DNA from: Eledone cirrhosa
Taxonomy: Eukaryota
Reading direction: 5' to 3'
DNA length: 64,000 bases
NCBI GenBank assembly: GCA_964016885.1
Contig: OZ024744.1
Location: 113,894,001-113,958,000, forward strand
Shown here in pieces: positions 26,854 to 41,287 of this stretch. Each line of letters begins with the position of its first letter. Position 1 is the stretch's first letter. The notes below the pieces were generated by a model. That model searched no databases. It had not been told where the DNA came from and worked only from the letters and a program-made list of their open reading frames with translations. A program made the translations under genes and the position numbers.

Positions 26854-27153
26854 AGGATGTTTTGTAACTAGTAACTTCTAAAGATATATTCTTTCAAAAT
26901 ATAATTTTAAAATGTTGATTAAATCTAAAAGAAAAAAAATAACAAAATATTTTTTTTTTTTTTTTTTCGCTTTTGTTTTTACTGAATATTCTTTAAATTC
27001 ATTAACAAGAATTTCAATATATAGTTTGCAGAAACACAATTTCCAAAAAAATATTTTGTTTTAGTAATTTTTTTTTTTTCAGATTTAATCGGCATTTTAA
27101 AATTGTATTTTGAAAGAATATATCTTTAAAAGTTACTAGTTACAAAATATCCT
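26854..27153. mobile_element. 300-bp AT-rich MITE with long imperfect TIRs
   Basis: aggatgttttgtaactagtaacttctaaagatatattctttcaaaat... versus ...ttttgaaagaatatatctttaaaagttactagttacaaaatatcct. Confidence 0.7.
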
Positions 27154-28194
27154 AAGTAATTTTTGAAGAGATTACTTGACTATTATAAACAGGCAATTTT
27201 TCAATGAAATTTTGTCTCTTATCTTAATATAAATAAATATGAAGAAAAAAGCTAGTAATGGTCATGTAATATTTAAATTTTCTTATCTATTTAATTATAA
27301 TTTATACAGTAACACGATAAACATAGTTAGAAACTATGAAAGTAAAAACTGTAAATTGGGTTATAATAACCTATTTCTCACATTTAAAACGTATAGATCA
27401 GAGACATATTTTTTATTTTTACAAATATAATTCACAAGACCACAATTCACAAATATAATTACACAAAAATACAGTTCACAATAATTCCCAAAAACAGTTT
27501 ATAAAAATAATTCACAAAAAGTGTTTACAAAAATAATTCACATAACAGTTTAAAATATAATTCACAAAACAGTTTAAAATATAATTCCCCAAAATAAGGT
27601 TAATTCGTTCTATTTTTAATGTGTCACACTACTAATTTCTCTCTATAAACTTAGAGAAAAAATGAGGAATTTAGTAAACTAACTTTTATAAGTGATATTT
27701 TTGAAATATTATGTTCTTTCATGTTGCATGAAACATCTATAATTAAAACCTACATAGGTGTCAGATGTAACAACATGATAGAACTGGGGTCCCTACCATT
27801 AAGACACCTGAGAATTCTACTTTGCATTTTCTCATTCTAAATATACTCCATTTTTTCTATGTGGAAAAAATGCGTTGCGTGCTTGATTTGAATTACATCA
27901 TTATTTACCATTAAGGTTATATATATATAGTCAAAGAGTGAAGAATAACATGGTCAACAGTACAAAAAGGGTTTTATTTACAGTATTGTCTAAAAATTGC
28001 TAAACACTTGAAGTTGTGTCACTCAATTTTAAATACAATGTATGCCTAATCAAATCATCAGAAAAACTGAACTCGCAACCTAACTAAGGAAACCTCTTGT
28101 TGAGTGAAACAATGCTGTATGCTAAAACTATCCACAATACGGGAGTATTCACAACCTCTAACTGGATTACCCATAACGATAATTTGTTATCCCA

Positions 28195-29815
28195 TATATA
28201 TATATAAATTTTTTTTAATAAATTTTATTCATAGTTGTATAAATAACATTAAAAATCGTTTGCAATTCTTTCAGAATGAAAATATAAACAGAGCATATAA
28301 ATAAATTTACAGTAGAATAACATAACAAATATGTTTTAAATATATACATAAATAACATTACAAATGCTTAGATAACATTATAAATTGCTCGCGATTGTTT
28401 CAGAAAGATATATTCCTTTAATGTTACAATATTAAAGAAAATGTAAAGGAATGGGTGAACAACCGAGCCACCACCAGAGCAAAAGACAGCAACGTCGCGA
28501 GGAGTACTAGGCAACCTCTCTAATGATTTTTGAGGCAAGCCAGCACACTCGCAGCGTTGCCTCGGGTGATGGCGAGCCGATGCGCTGAAATAGCCAAGCG
28601 CCCACGCGAGATTCGCCAGTTAGCTCTATTAGGCGAGCCGCCAGTGAAGAGAGGAACCTCACAGTCAGCGGCCCGACTCCCCCAAACGTCTCGAAAGCCA
28701 CAGGCTGAAAAATGTAGCTGGCCGACAGATCAGAGTTTTTGAGGGTCTTACTCCGCTCGGCTGCGAAAGCTGTGGCTCTCGTCCTAACCGCAGCATCCAG
28801 GATGTGGGAAAGAGCAAGAGTCACTAACAGTGACGTCCCAGACAAGGCACCTGCCTTTCGACCAGGGGCATAGGGTAATGCCGTCAGGTCTTTGCCGTCA
28901 CTTTGCCGTCACAACCCAGATGGTTCCAAGACTGAGGGGATATTCGCCCGGGCCAAAGCTCTCTTCAGTATGAGGTTTAACTCCGTGTGACGTGCGAAGT
29001 GGCCAGCATTCAGGCGGCAAGAAATACTGTGGAGGCCTGTGGAGTCGAGGAGTTTGCCGCATCGCCATCTCAAACCCATGCAGACGTCAGCTCCCACTCT
29101 GAGGGCGATGGAGACACGAAGTTCGTCCAGGCTGAGTAGGCTACCAACGTTGGCCATGGGTAGGGCATCAACCCAGTCACCTGAGTATTTGGCGCTGGCA
29201 GATAGTAAGCGGCACCTTGCAAACTGATCCGACTGGATGAAGAGGGAGTTGAAGGTGGCCTTCAAACTTATGCTGTCCCAAGTTCTCTGACTTCGACTGT
29301 CCTCCACCTTCTCAGGAAGAGACAAGCCCAACTCACTCCATTGCTGGAGAGCTTCCCCCAACTCTCTGTTGGAACTAGTCCATGTTGGAGAGGAGAGGAT
29401 GCTGCTCACCAGAGTGGAGCAAGAGTGGGTGGAGGAAAGGGAGCAGGGGTGAGAAAGGGACGAACACTTACGAAGACCAAGACCCCCCCAAATCGCTTGG
29501 GCAACGCAGCCTGATCGCAGGACTCTAGAAAGAGTCTAACATTGACCAGGCACTCGAGTCTCTCAAAGATTAGGTCATCGAAGTGTTGGAGGCAGGACGG
29601 AAATCTGTGAGAGGGGCTGACCCTGAGCATGATTAGGAATAGACAGGTAGTTCCTGAGTATGAAGAAACCTTGATGGGGTTCAATAACTTCGATATTCCT
29701 CAGCAGTTGCTCAAGGCCAACCATCTTCGATTAGAAGATTGACTTGAAGACCAGGTCTGTGATTGGAGATCCTAAGGAGCACCAAGCCGATGGGGTAGGG
29801 ACTGCGATGGAAGGG
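28195..29815 (-). mobile_element. CRE-clade non-LTR retrotransposon, 5'-truncated
   Basis: GDWVDALP...LRVG...CGK.LD..G.H...C...RH.ELN; RPDGITL.PW; FQPVAFETFGG.G; LFQRI. GC-rich body. The 3' UTR ends with AATAAA running into (TA)n. Confidence 0.8.
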
Positions 29816-29829
29816 TCTCTTTTGAGTTT

Positions 29830-30270
29830 GTTTTGCAAAATTTCCAAAATTAAACAGAAAACATGAGTGGAATAGCAACAACATCACAACTAGTAATTAA
29901 GGACAAAATGAAGACATACAGACACACACAAAAACCAAACTAACAAAACAAATCAGACACATACAGATAGAACAAACAACCAACTAGTGACAAGTAAATA
30001 AGCACATAAATAAATAAATATAAACACACACACCCAGATGTAACGCATGCACAAACTAAGCACACAGTCCACAACAAGATGGTGTAGGACAGAACAAAAA
30101 CTTAGTTTCTGAGGAGGTCACAGAATGTGTGACGAAAGAACTGTGACAATATATAAACAACTTTCCGGTTATCGAACCAACCAACCAACCGGAAATTTAT
30201 AATAAATTGAAGTGAAAACCAACAGGTGCATGTGTTTTTATTGGCAACATGACCATACCAAAGTATAATA
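29830..30270 (+). mobile_element. Penelope-like terminal repeat with decayed hammerhead (~30105-30147)
   Basis: Reverse complement of 46632-47035. Contains CTGAGGA-g-gtcaca(gaatg)tgtgac-GAAA. Confidence 0.75.
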
Positions 30271-30290
30271 TATATATATATAGATAGATA

Positions 30291-30495
30291 TCATCATCAT
30301 CATCAGTATTTACATGTGTTGTTCAATGCTTAGATGGGTTGGATGTGTCTGTTCCAGCACAGCATCTCTCCACATATCACAATTCTTCATCATCTTCTCT
30401 ATGAGTCTCAGTGATTTGAGATCAGTTCTCACCAGGTCTTCTTTGGTCTACCTCCCCTCTGGCTTCCTTCCACTGCATTTCCTGGCACTTCATCC
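30291..30495 (-). mobile_element. RTE 3' end fragment
   Basis: Homologous to 15034-15240; (GAT)n tail. Confidence 0.75.
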
Positions 30496-30644
30496 AGAAA
30501 ACATCATATATATTATAGTAATATATATTATAGTAATGCCAAATTGTTAAATAAAATGATTTGCTATATGTAGTATAACCTGGGTAGAAACAATTGTCAG
30601 TTATTAAATGCCTTAAACTCTTAAATTCTTTGGTTTGTAAACAA

Positions 30645-31560
30645 ACTACGACTCTACCCAGCTCTAATCCTTGTTCTCATCCTCGCTGTAATACCTGTCC
30701 TTTCATTTCCAACGTCACCTCTCTCACAGGCACCAACGGTTCATTCTGTATCCGCCACTCCTTCACCTGCACCCATGTTGTCTATGCCCTCCGGTGTTTC
30801 CTTTGCGGGTCCTTATACATCGAAACAGGACGTCATTTGGTGAACCATTTTGCTGAACATTTGAGGGAGATACAACACGGTATGGATACTCCTGTCACCC
30901 GTCATTTCCGTTCTCCAGGTCACTCTTCCCTACATGTCTCAGTCCTTAGTATCCTTTTACATCACGTATCACAGGCCTCGCGCACCAGGACTGAACAGAG
31001 TCTGATTTTCCACTTTGGGTCCTGTTTCCCCAATGGACTAAACTCCTCTCCCCAATTTCTTTAATATTACACATATACGTTCATGCTTACTTCTCTACCC
31101 TTTGCCTTGTCACGTTTACCTGTCCGTTATCACACACACGCGCTTGTACATTCACCCATAGATTCCTATGGCTCTCTTATGGTCAGAAACATATACTCTT
31201 ACAGCTGATACAGACCAACAAAATACACACACCTCTACTTTTCCCTTCACAGCTCTGTATATACACAAACACGCACACATATAGCTCTATATACAAAACG
31301 TTTCTTTTTTCCCTTTCAGAAAGGCGTGCTCCAACATCAGTTTTCCAAGAGATGGCAACACGAATGGGCCTGTTATTTTTCTAAAAAAAAAAAATTTTTT
31401 TTAAATTCTGCCCTGCCCGTGCCTTCAATTTTTCTAATTTCTCAATTCTTTCTTCTGATGAAGGACTAGCATCCGAAACGTTAAGACCTATTAAACTAAT
31501 ATATTCCTTCCATACACTGTACAGTTTGTGTTGTTATTTCTGTTTATCTTTTACATACAC
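30645..31560 (+). mobile_element. Penelope-like element 3' part (GIY-YIG endonuclease + terminal repeat)
   Basis: PC..PRC.TC, FTC..VVYALRC..C..LYI.ETGR.L...F.EH, HF...GH; followed by a hammerhead motif. Confidence 0.88.
31451..31486 (+). ncRNA. Minimal Penelope-type hammerhead ribozyme motif
   Basis: tctt-CTGATGA-a-gga(ctagca)tcc-GAAA-cg-TT-aaga. The ACGT palindrome is typical of dimer-acting PLE hammerheads. Confidence 0.75.
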
Positions 31561-31574
31561 ACACACCCCAAATG

Positions 31575-32290
31575 CAAACTATGGGTACACAAGAGATGTA
31601 GTGGGATCAGGCAGAATAACAAAGAATGTAGGTTTTACATGTGGCCGTTACACAGGAGCAGTAAGCAGCAAGAGTTCACAGGAAACTAGCGTTATCAAAT
31701 TCTTAGAGGGTAGAGTAGAAGCAATTGATAGTTTCTGTTACCTAGGTGACCAAATTAACAGTGGAGGTAGGTGTTCCAAAAGTACAGTAACCTGAGTGAA
31801 AATGGGATGGAAAAATTCAGGGAGCTACTATGACAACTAGCTACAAAAGGCAATGTTACATGGTAGTGAGACATGAACACTGTGTGTAGAGGACCTGTGA
31901 AGATTGGAAAGAAATGAAGTAGGCATACTCCAATAGATATGTAATAGTAATATACATGAACGGTAAAGTGCAAATGATCAGAGAGAGAAACCGGGCATAA
32001 GAGGTATCAGATGCATTGTGCAAGAGAGAAAATTGCGGTGGTATGGACATGTGATGTGTATGAAGGATGATGACAAAAAGCACCCTGTCCACACTGTAAA
32101 GTGGTCATGTAGGTGTCATGACAAAAAGTACCCAGTACACACTGTAAAGTGGTCATGTAGGTGTCTCAACAAAACATACCCAGTCCATACTGTAAAGTGG
32201 TCATGTAGGTGTCACAACAAAAAGTACCCAGTACACACTATAAAGTGGTCATGTAGGTGTCACAAAAAGTGGCCATGTAGGTGTCATAAT
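31575..32290 (+). mobile_element. Old RTE 3' fragment ending in a 48-bp tandem repeat (~32072-32290)
   Basis: FTCGR..GA, YLGDQI..GG, RKLRWYGHV; repeat of cacactgtaaagtggtcatgtaggtgtc derived from the 3' UTR. Confidence 0.85.
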
Positions 32291-32694
32291 AACCTTTCTA
32301 ACTTTATTACCGTTTCTTTTCTTCAAATACAACTCCAAGCCACAATATGTAGGACATTCTAGAGAGAAGCCCCCTTCCTATGTCGCTCTATCACCCACTC
32401 TATCACTTTATATATGTTTATAAGTCCTGTAGTTTAATCAATTCTTTCCATTGTATCTACTCAACTTAAAGTATGTGAAAAGCTTTATTTTATCTTCAAC
32501 TACTTATGTTTCGTTCAAAATACATATCACTCCAAGTAATTATTCTCTTTTCTGATCTGTCTTGCTCTATCTTTTACTGATCTTCAATGCATATCTTTAA
32601 TAGCCTCTGTATGATCGGTGGCTCATCGCATATTTTCTCTCCCATTCACCACCATAGTCTCCTTCAAATATGTCTTAACTCTTAGCCTATCCTA

Positions 32695-32900
32695 ATAACT
32701 ACTACTAATACCACCACCACCGCTACTACTACTATCATTACTACCACTGCCATCACCACTGCTACTACCACCACCACTACCACTGCTACTACTACTACTA
32801 CTACTACTACTACTGCTACCACCACCACTACTACTACTACCACCACCACCACTGCTACTACCACTACCACCACTACTACTACTGCTGCTGCTGCTGCTAT
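32695..32900. repeat. (ACT/ACC/GCT)n trinucleotide tract
   Basis: Seen directly. Confidence 0.9.
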
Positions 32901-32949
32901 TGTTGTTATGGGTTTGGTTGTTTGTATGATGGATGGACTACAATGTTGG

Positions 32950-34047
32950 ACCAAAGATGTGAGGTGTTCAGTATTGTGATGTTGTGGGGGAGAAATGTGT
33001 CTCAGATGACAATGGTGTACTTGCCCTCACTAATGAGGTGGCATGGAAGTGTCACTATGAGAGACTGATGAATGAGGAATATGTATGGGAAGAAGTCTGT
33101 TGCAAGTGAAACCAACAGAAGGACCATTGGTACAAATCAGCAGCAGTGTAAAGATATAAAGGCAGGGAAAACAACTGGACCCTTGGGGATAGTTGCTGAG
33201 ATGCTGGGTCACTTTAACCACTCATATGGGAAAACAAGTAATAGAAAATGGTGTCATACCCAATGAGGGGCGTAGCAGCATCATTGCCAACTGATATAAC
33301 AACAAAAGTGAAAACAATACAGGCATCAAGTTGATAGACCAGGTCATAAATATAACAGAAAGAGTTATAGTACAGCTGAAGCCCTCTTCTGCAAGAAGCA
33401 ACTGCAGAATTACTTAGCTAAAAGTAAGCTGCGCTACTTGGCATTTGTTGACCTAGAGAAAGCTTTTGACAGGGTACCTTGATCCATAATCTGGTGGGCT
33501 CTTAGAAAACTAGGAGTAGATGAGTGGCTTGTGAAGGCTGTGTAAGCCATGTATAGAGGAGCAGTCAGCAACTTTAGAATTAACAATGACTATAATGAAG
33601 AATTTAGCGTGCAGGTAGGAGTCCATCAGGGCTCTGTTCTTAGCCTTGTGAGGTGGTCGTGCTGCTAACACAAAAAGCAGCACCCAGTCGATCCTGCCCA
33701 CACCAGCTAAATATCCCATCCACCTCATCGATGTCAAACTTGCTTACTTCAAGGTGGCAGTGCTGGTGATACACCAAAATGCGCCCAATCCAACCTGTAA
33801 AGTGGTTGAATTGGTGACAACGAAAAAACACTCAATCCACCCTGTTAGATGGTCATTCTGGTGCCACGATAAAATGCAACCAATCCACACTGTAATGTGG
33901 TTAGTGTTAGGAAGAGCATCCAGCTGTAGAAACCAAGACAAAATATAAATCCATATGAGTAAGATATGGTCACCTGACCTGACTTGTTTCATAATGTAGT
34001 AACCTATCTAACCCATGGAAAAATAGATGTTAAGCAGTGATGATGGC
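32950..34047 (+). mobile_element. Highly decayed RTE RT fragment plus RTE-type 3' tail
   Basis: ggcatttgttgacctagagaaagcttttgac (AFVDLEKAFD), GVHQGSVLS; tail gtgttaggaagagcatccagctgtagaa. Confidence 0.8.
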
Positions 34048-34679
34048 AACTAAATATAAAGTGTTCATTGGTACTCGGAATCTCATGTGGTACACAATTA
34101 ATCTCACATGCACCATTAACCTTCTGCCTTTTCGTAAATATAAATACTTCCTGGCTCTTGTTTGCTGTTGCTTATGATTCAATATGGATAAGTTTTTTAA
34201 AAACTATTTTGATCTAGGGGAGGCAACTCTTGTGTAAAAAATATTTTTCCCCTTTTTTATCCAATATAATTGTTTTCATGATACAGAATGTTAGTTCAAG
34301 AAGAATTTTCATTCAGTATTCAGTTGATTTTCTTAGTTTTCAAGTGAGTACCATTAATGTAGTTGCTATCTGGTGTATTGTGGAGTGAATCTAGTGTGTC
34401 ATTGACGTTTGGTTGTGTGGAAGCCTAAAGTGAAGGATAAATGCTGTGCAATGTGGACAGGGTTTCCATAGGTCACTTACATTAAATATACTATTGTATT
34501 TTCACAAAAAGGCTTTATTTCACATAATCTCTAATCTACTGAAATTTTGATGACCTTCTTTATTTTGAGAATGATATTTTAACGCCGGTATGAGCAGTTA
34601 GCTGGTTACGGCCGGTTTGAACAAAAAAGGTGAGAGAATTTTGGCCAGATATAGCCGGTTTAAATGTTAAAGGGTTAAG

Positions 34680-34990
34680 ACAGGCACAAGGATCAAACGA
34701 ATTCTTCAATATTAGCTACCTCTCAGTGCTGTAAAGACCACATTTCCTGATTCCGTTGATATAGGATCTGCATCTTTCAACTATTATCCAGCTGATGTTG
34801 TGTTCCAATGAGTCCTCATTCAGTTTCCAGACATAATTGAACAGTTTGTTGTATTCTTTTTCTCCCATCAATGGAACAATGCCATAAGTGAAAGAGTTCA
34901 TCATATGGTGAGTCTAAATGCAATGTGGAAAATAGGTTAATTTGTACTCATTAGTTTCAGCTATATGCAGGTGTGGTGAGCCACATATAT
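34680..34990 (-). mobile_element. Decayed Penelope-like C-terminal fragment
   Basis: LFNYVWKLNE...NISWIIVE...Y.NG.RKC.L..TER resembles the C-terminus of PLE GIY-YIG proteins. Confidence 0.6.
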
Positions 34991-35134
34991 TCTAGCCATT
35001 AAAAGAAGCAAAATGAATGCTTCACCTTTGAAAGAGGGATGACTTAAGTAGAAGAGGAAGTTTCAACTAAGAGAGCAATAGTTGTTCCATTTCTTGTTTG
35101 ACAGAGAAGCTAATGTATTTATGTACAATATATT

Positions 35135-38100
35135 CTAGAGTCCTTGTAGGTAAAAGTCAGTACTACAAATTTTTCTGGGTGGGAAATGACAACGGGATGG
35201 GAGGTGTAAGTATACTATTAGCTGACAAATGGGTAGATAAGGTAATCACAGTGAACAGGGTGAATGCAAGAATAATTAAACTCAGACTAGTCCTAAATAA
35301 AACAATTGCCACAATAATATCAGCTTATGCACCACAATCGGGGTTGCTAGACGAACTTAAGGATAGGTTTTATGAGTCCTTAACGCACACTACTGCCCTA
35401 ACAAATGACAATGACTTCCTAATCGTTGCAGGTGATTTTAACGGAGACATTGGTAAACACCGTGACGGCTTCTATAGAGTCCTTGGAGGCCATGGGTTTG
35501 ACACAAGAAATGAAGAAGGCTTCAGGCTTCTAGAATTCTGCAACGCCAATGACATGTCAATATGTAACACAAACTGAAAAAAACCCAACAACTATCTGAT
35601 CACCTATAGATCAGGAGAACATTCTAGTCAGATAGACGGTCGTGAACACAAAAGCCTTCCCTGATGAGGAATGTACCTCCCAACATAACTTAGTTGTCAG
35701 CGACCTCACTGTCAAAACTAGATGAACTTGGAAACAGAAGGCAACCTGGAAGTTGAAAGACCCCTCAGCCAGTAACAGATTTAAAGATATTTTACTCAAC
35801 GCCTACGACAGTAAAGAAGAACAGATACAGACATTCAATGTAGAAGAGCACTGGGAGTTCCTAAAAAATAACTTACTAAAGGCGACGGACGAGATCTGTG
35901 TCTGGAGCAAGACCACAGGCAGGAGGGAAGTGACTTGGTGGTGGGTGGAACAATAAGGTAGATAAGGCATTTAAGGCCAATAGACAGGCATGGAAAGAAT
36001 GGAAGAACGGGAGAAGCAGGGTACATTACATAGAGATTAGGAAGGAAGCTAGGAGACAAGTATACTTAGCTAGAAGGGAAGCAGAGGATAGAAAATTCAA
36101 GTATGTTTTGCAGTGTGAGGACCAGAAACAGGAGGTGTTCAGGATTGCAAGGCAGTGTGTCAGAGAGAATTGTGATGTCATTGGAGAGAAGTGTATCTGG
36201 AATGATAAAGGTGAGCTTGCCCTCACAAGTGCTGAGAAGAAAGATGCGTGGAAGAGCCATGATGAAAGATTACTAAATGAGGAGAATGCACGGGAAAAAG
36301 AGACCCTACCCCAAGTGGACAATTATAGAGGGGCCAGCAGTACAAGTCAGCAGCAGCGTAGTAAGTAACGTAATCAAAGATATGAAGACGAGGAAGGCAA
36401 CTGGTCCATCGGGTATAGCTGCCGATATGCTGAAGGCATCTGGGTCGGTAGGTCACACCATAACCATACGTATTGTTAACCAGGTAATACTAGAGGGTGT
36501 CATACCAAAGGATTGGTGCAGTACCAACATTGTCAACTGCTACAAGGGTAAGGGTGATGCACTAGATAGAGGAAACTATAGAGGTATAAAGCTGATGGAC
36601 CAGGTCATGAAAGTAACAGAATGAGTTATAGCACAGTTGATTAGGGACCGGGGGAAACTAGGTGAGATGCAGTTTGGGTTTGTGTCAGGAAGAGGCACCA
36701 CTGATGCCCTCTTCCTTGTGAGGCAGTTACAGGAAAAGTACTTAGCTAAAAGTAAGCCGCTCTACCTGGTATTTGTTGATCTGGAGAAAACCTTCGACAG
36801 AGTCCCCCGTGTTATAATCTGGTGGGCTCTTAGAAAACTAAGAGTAGATGAATGGCTTGTGAAAGCTGTACAAGCCATGAATGGGGGAACAGCCAGCAAA
36901 GTTAGGGTTAGCAATGACTATAGCGAGGAATTTAGCATACAGGTTGGTGTCCACCGGATGCCCATGGGAACTCCTATATGCGGATGATCTCACACTTATA
37001 GCTGAATCTATGGTGGAACTAGAGAAGAAATTCCAAACATGGAAGCAGGGACTAGAAAGAAAGGGTCTCAAAGTCAACATGACAAAGACTAAGTAGACGA
37101 GAAAACAGAACCCAGATCCCCTCAGCGAAATGGCCTTGCTCAGTTTGTAGGAAAGGTGTAGGTAGATATTCCATCTTCTCCCCAAATGCAAACAATGGGT
37201 TCACAAGAGATGTAGCGGGATCTCAGGAAGCTTAACTAAGAATGTAGGCTTCATATGTAGCAGTTGCGTTGGGACAGCAAGCAGCAAACGGCCACAGGAA
37301 ACAAGCACCACAAAACTCTGGGAGGGCTCTGTAGAAACAGTAGACAGCTTCTGTTACCTAGGTGACTGGATTAGCAGTGGAGGTGGGTGATTGGAAAGTA
37401 CAATAATTAGGGTAAGAATGGGATGGAAGAAGTTCGGGGAGCTACTGCCACTGCTAGCTGCAAAAGGCTTTTGCCTCAAAATGAAGGGCAGACTGTATGA
37501 AGCGTTTATACAAACAGCAATGTTACATGGTAGTAAGACCTGGGCACTGTCTGTAGAAGACTTGCATAGATTAGAAAGAAACAAGCTTGCATGCTCCGAT
37601 GGATGTGTAATAGTAATATATGAGAACGGCAAAGCATAAATGAATTGAGAGAGAGACTGAACATAAGAGGAATCAAATGTGTGCAGGAGAGGAGGTTGCG
37701 TTGGTATGGACATGTGATGCGTGTGAAGGATGACAGCTGCATAAAAAGGTGCAGAACACTAAAAGTTGATGGAAGCCGCGGTGTGGAGAGACCCAAGAAG
37801 ACCTGGGATGAGGTGATAAAAGCTGACCTTACCCAATTGCACCTCTCAAGGGCAATGACACACGACTATAACCTCTGGCGACACGCAGTAATACAGAAGA
37901 CCCGACCCCCCCAAGGGTACAAGCCGAAGCTGAAGCATATAGACAATATGCCCCCACTCCCTCCCACTGCAAAGTGGTCGTGGAGGTGTCACGACAAAAA
38001 AGTACCCAGACCACACTGTAAACTGGTCATGTAGGTGTCATGGTAAAAAGCACCCAGCACTCACTGTAAATGAGGTTGGTGTTAGAAAAGGCATCCAGCT

Positions 38101-38248
38101 GTAGAGATCAAGCCAGAATCAGTTCCCATATGAGCAAGGCATGGTCAGCTGACCAGACACTGCCCACAACAGGATAACTTGTCTAACCCATGCTAGCGTG
38201 GAAGAACGGACGTAAAACTGTGATGATGATGGTGGTGATGATGATGAT
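35135..38248 (+). mobile_element. Nearly full-length degenerate RTE/BovB-like LINE
   Basis: APE (ISAYAPQ, GDFNG, LLEFC), RT (NYRGIKL, DLEKTFD, LLYADDL), C-terminal RLRWYGHV, 3' UTR and (GAT)n tail; multiple stops and frameshifts. Confidence 0.93.
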
Positions 38249-38310
38249 ATTCTAAGAAATCTGAAAATATTGCTTGTTTCTTCATAATGGGAGAATATTT
38301 TCTGCATATT

Positions 38311-41287
38311 CTTTTACTAGTCTCAGTCATTTGACTGTGAACATACTAGGACATATCATCCCCAGTACTTCTTTACTAGTCTCAGTCATTTGACTGTGGA
38401 CATACTAGGACATATCATCCCCAGTACTTCCTTACTGGTTTCTGTCATTTGACTGTGGACATACTAGGACATATCATCCCCAGTACTTCCTTACTGGTTT
38501 CTGTCATTTGACTGTGGACATACTAGGACATATCATCCCCAGTACTTCCTTACTGGTTTCTGTCATTTGACTGTGGACATACTAGGACATATCATCCCCA
38601 GTACTTCCTTACTAGTCTCAGTTAATTGACTGTGGACATACTAGGACATATCATCCCCAGTACTTCCTTACTAGTCTCAGTTAATTGACTGTGGACATAC
38701 TAGGACATATCATCCCCAGTACTTCCTTACTAGTCTCAGTTATTTGACTGTGAACATACTAGGACATATCATCCCCAGTACTTCCTTACTAGTCTCAGTT
38801 ATTTGACTGTGGACATACTAGGACATATCATCCCCAGTACTTCCTTACTAGTCTCAGTGATTTGACTGTGGACATACTAGGACATATCATCCCCAGTACT
38901 TCCTTACTGGTCTCAGTCATTTGACTGTGGACATACTAGGACATATCATCCCCAGTACTTCCTTACTAGTCTCAGTTATTTGACTGTGGACATACTAGGA
39001 CATATCATCCCCAGTACTTCCTTACTAGTTTCTGTCATTTGACTGTGAACATACTAGGACATATCATCCCCAGTACTTCCTTACTGGTCTCAGTCATTTG
39101 ACTGTGGACATACTAGGACATATCATCCCCAGTACTTCCTTACTAGTTTCTGTCATTTGACTGTGAACATACTAGGACATATCATCCCCAGTACTTCCTT
39201 ACTGGTCTCAGTCATTTGACTGTGGACATACTAGGACATATCATCCCCAGTACTTCCTTACTAGTCTCAGTTATTTGACTGTGGACATACTAGGACATAT
39301 CATCCCCAGTACTTCCTTACTGGTCTCAGTTATTTGACTGTGAACATACTAGGACATATCATCCCCAGTACTTCCTTACTAGTCTCAGTCATTTGACTGT
39401 GAACATACTAGGACATATCATCCCCAGTACTTCCTTACTAGTCTCAGTTATTTGACTGTGAACATACTAGGACATATCATCCCCAGTACTTCCTTACTAG
39501 TCTCAGTTATTTGACTGTGAACATACTAGGACATATCATCCCCAGTACTTCCTTACTGGTCTCAGTTATTTGACTGTAGACATACTAGGACATATCATCC
39601 CCAGTACTTCCTTACTAGTCTCAGTTATTTGACTGTGAACATACTAGGACATATAATCCCCAGTACTTCCTTACTAGTCTCAGTTATTTGACTGTGGACA
39701 TACTAGGACATATCATCCCCAGTACTTCCTTACTAGTCTCAGTTATTTGACTGTGGACATACTAGGACATATCATCCCCAGTACTTCCTTACTGGTCTCA
39801 GTTATTTGACTGTGGACATACTAAGACATATCATCCCCAGTACTTCCTTACTGGTCTCAGTTATTTGACTGTGGACATACTAGGACATATCATCCCCAGT
39901 ACTTCCTTACTAGTCTCAGTTATTTGACTGTGGACATACTAGGACATATCATCCCCAGTACTTCCTTACTAGTCTCAGTTATTTGACTGTGGACATACTA
40001 GGACATATCATCCCCAGTACTTCCTTACTGGTCTCAGTTATTTGACTGTGAACATACTAGGACATATCATCCCCAGTACTTCCTTACTAGTTTCTGTCAT
40101 TTGACTGTGGACATACTAGGACATATCATCCCCAAGACTTCCTTACTGGTTTCAGTTATTTGACTGTGAACATACTAGGACATATCATCCCCAGTACTTC
40201 CTTACTAGTCTCAGTTATTTGACTGTAGACATACTAAGACATATCATCCCCAGTACTTCCTTACTGGTCTCAGTTATTTGACTGTAGACATACTAGGACA
40301 TATCATCCCCAGTACTTCCTTACTAGTCTCAGTGATTTGACTGTGAACATACTAGGACATATCATCCCCAGTACTTCCTTACTAGTCTCAGTTATTTGAC
40401 TGTGAACATACTAGGACATATCATCCCCAGTACTTCCTTACTGGTCTCTGTCATTTGACTGTGAACATACTAGGACATATCATCCCCAGTACTTCCTTAC
40501 TGGTCTCTGTCATTTGACTGTGAACATACTAGGACATATCATCCCCAGTACTTCCTTACTAGTCTCAGTTATTTGACTGTGAACATACTAGGACATATCA
40601 TCCCCAGTACTTCCTTACTGGTCTCAGTCATTTGACTGTAGACATACTAGGACATATCATCCCCAGTACTTCCTTACTAGTCTCAGTTATTTGACTGTGA
40701 ACATACTAGGACATATCATCCCCAGGACTTCCTTACTAGTTTCTGTCATTTGACTGTGGACATACTAGGACATATCATCCCCAGTACTTCCTTACTAGTC
40801 TCAGTCATTTGACTGTGAACATACTAGGACATATCATCCCCAGTACTTCCTTACTGGTCTCAGTCATTTGACTGTGAACATACTAGGACATATCATCCCC
40901 AGTACTTCCTTACTAGTCTCAGTTATTTGACTGTGAACATACTAGGACATATCATCCCCAGTACTTCCTTACTAGTCTCAGTCATTTGACTGTGAACATA
41001 CTAGGACATATCATCCCCAGTACTTCCTTACTAGTTTCTGTCATTTGACTGTGAACATACTAGGACATATCATCCCCAGTACTTCCTTACTAGTCTCAGT
41101 TATTTGACTGTAGACATACTAGGACATATCATCCCCAGTACTTCCTTACAGGTCTCAGTCATTTGACTGTGGACATACTAGGACATATCATCCCCAGTAC
41201 TTCCTTACTAGTTTCTGTCATTTGACTGTGAACATACTAGGACATATCATCCCCAGTACTTCCTTACTAGTCTCAGTTATTTGACTG
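38311..41287. repeat. 59-bp minisatellite, ~50 copies, SINE-derived
   Basis: Unit ttactagtctcagt(c/t)atttgactgtg(g/a)acatactaggacatatcatccccagtacttcc. It runs into a SINE remainder at 41288-41556. Confidence 0.97.

Noticed and set aside
32682-32954. Poly-Val membrane protein ORF
   Set aside because: Translation of a trinucleotide repeat.
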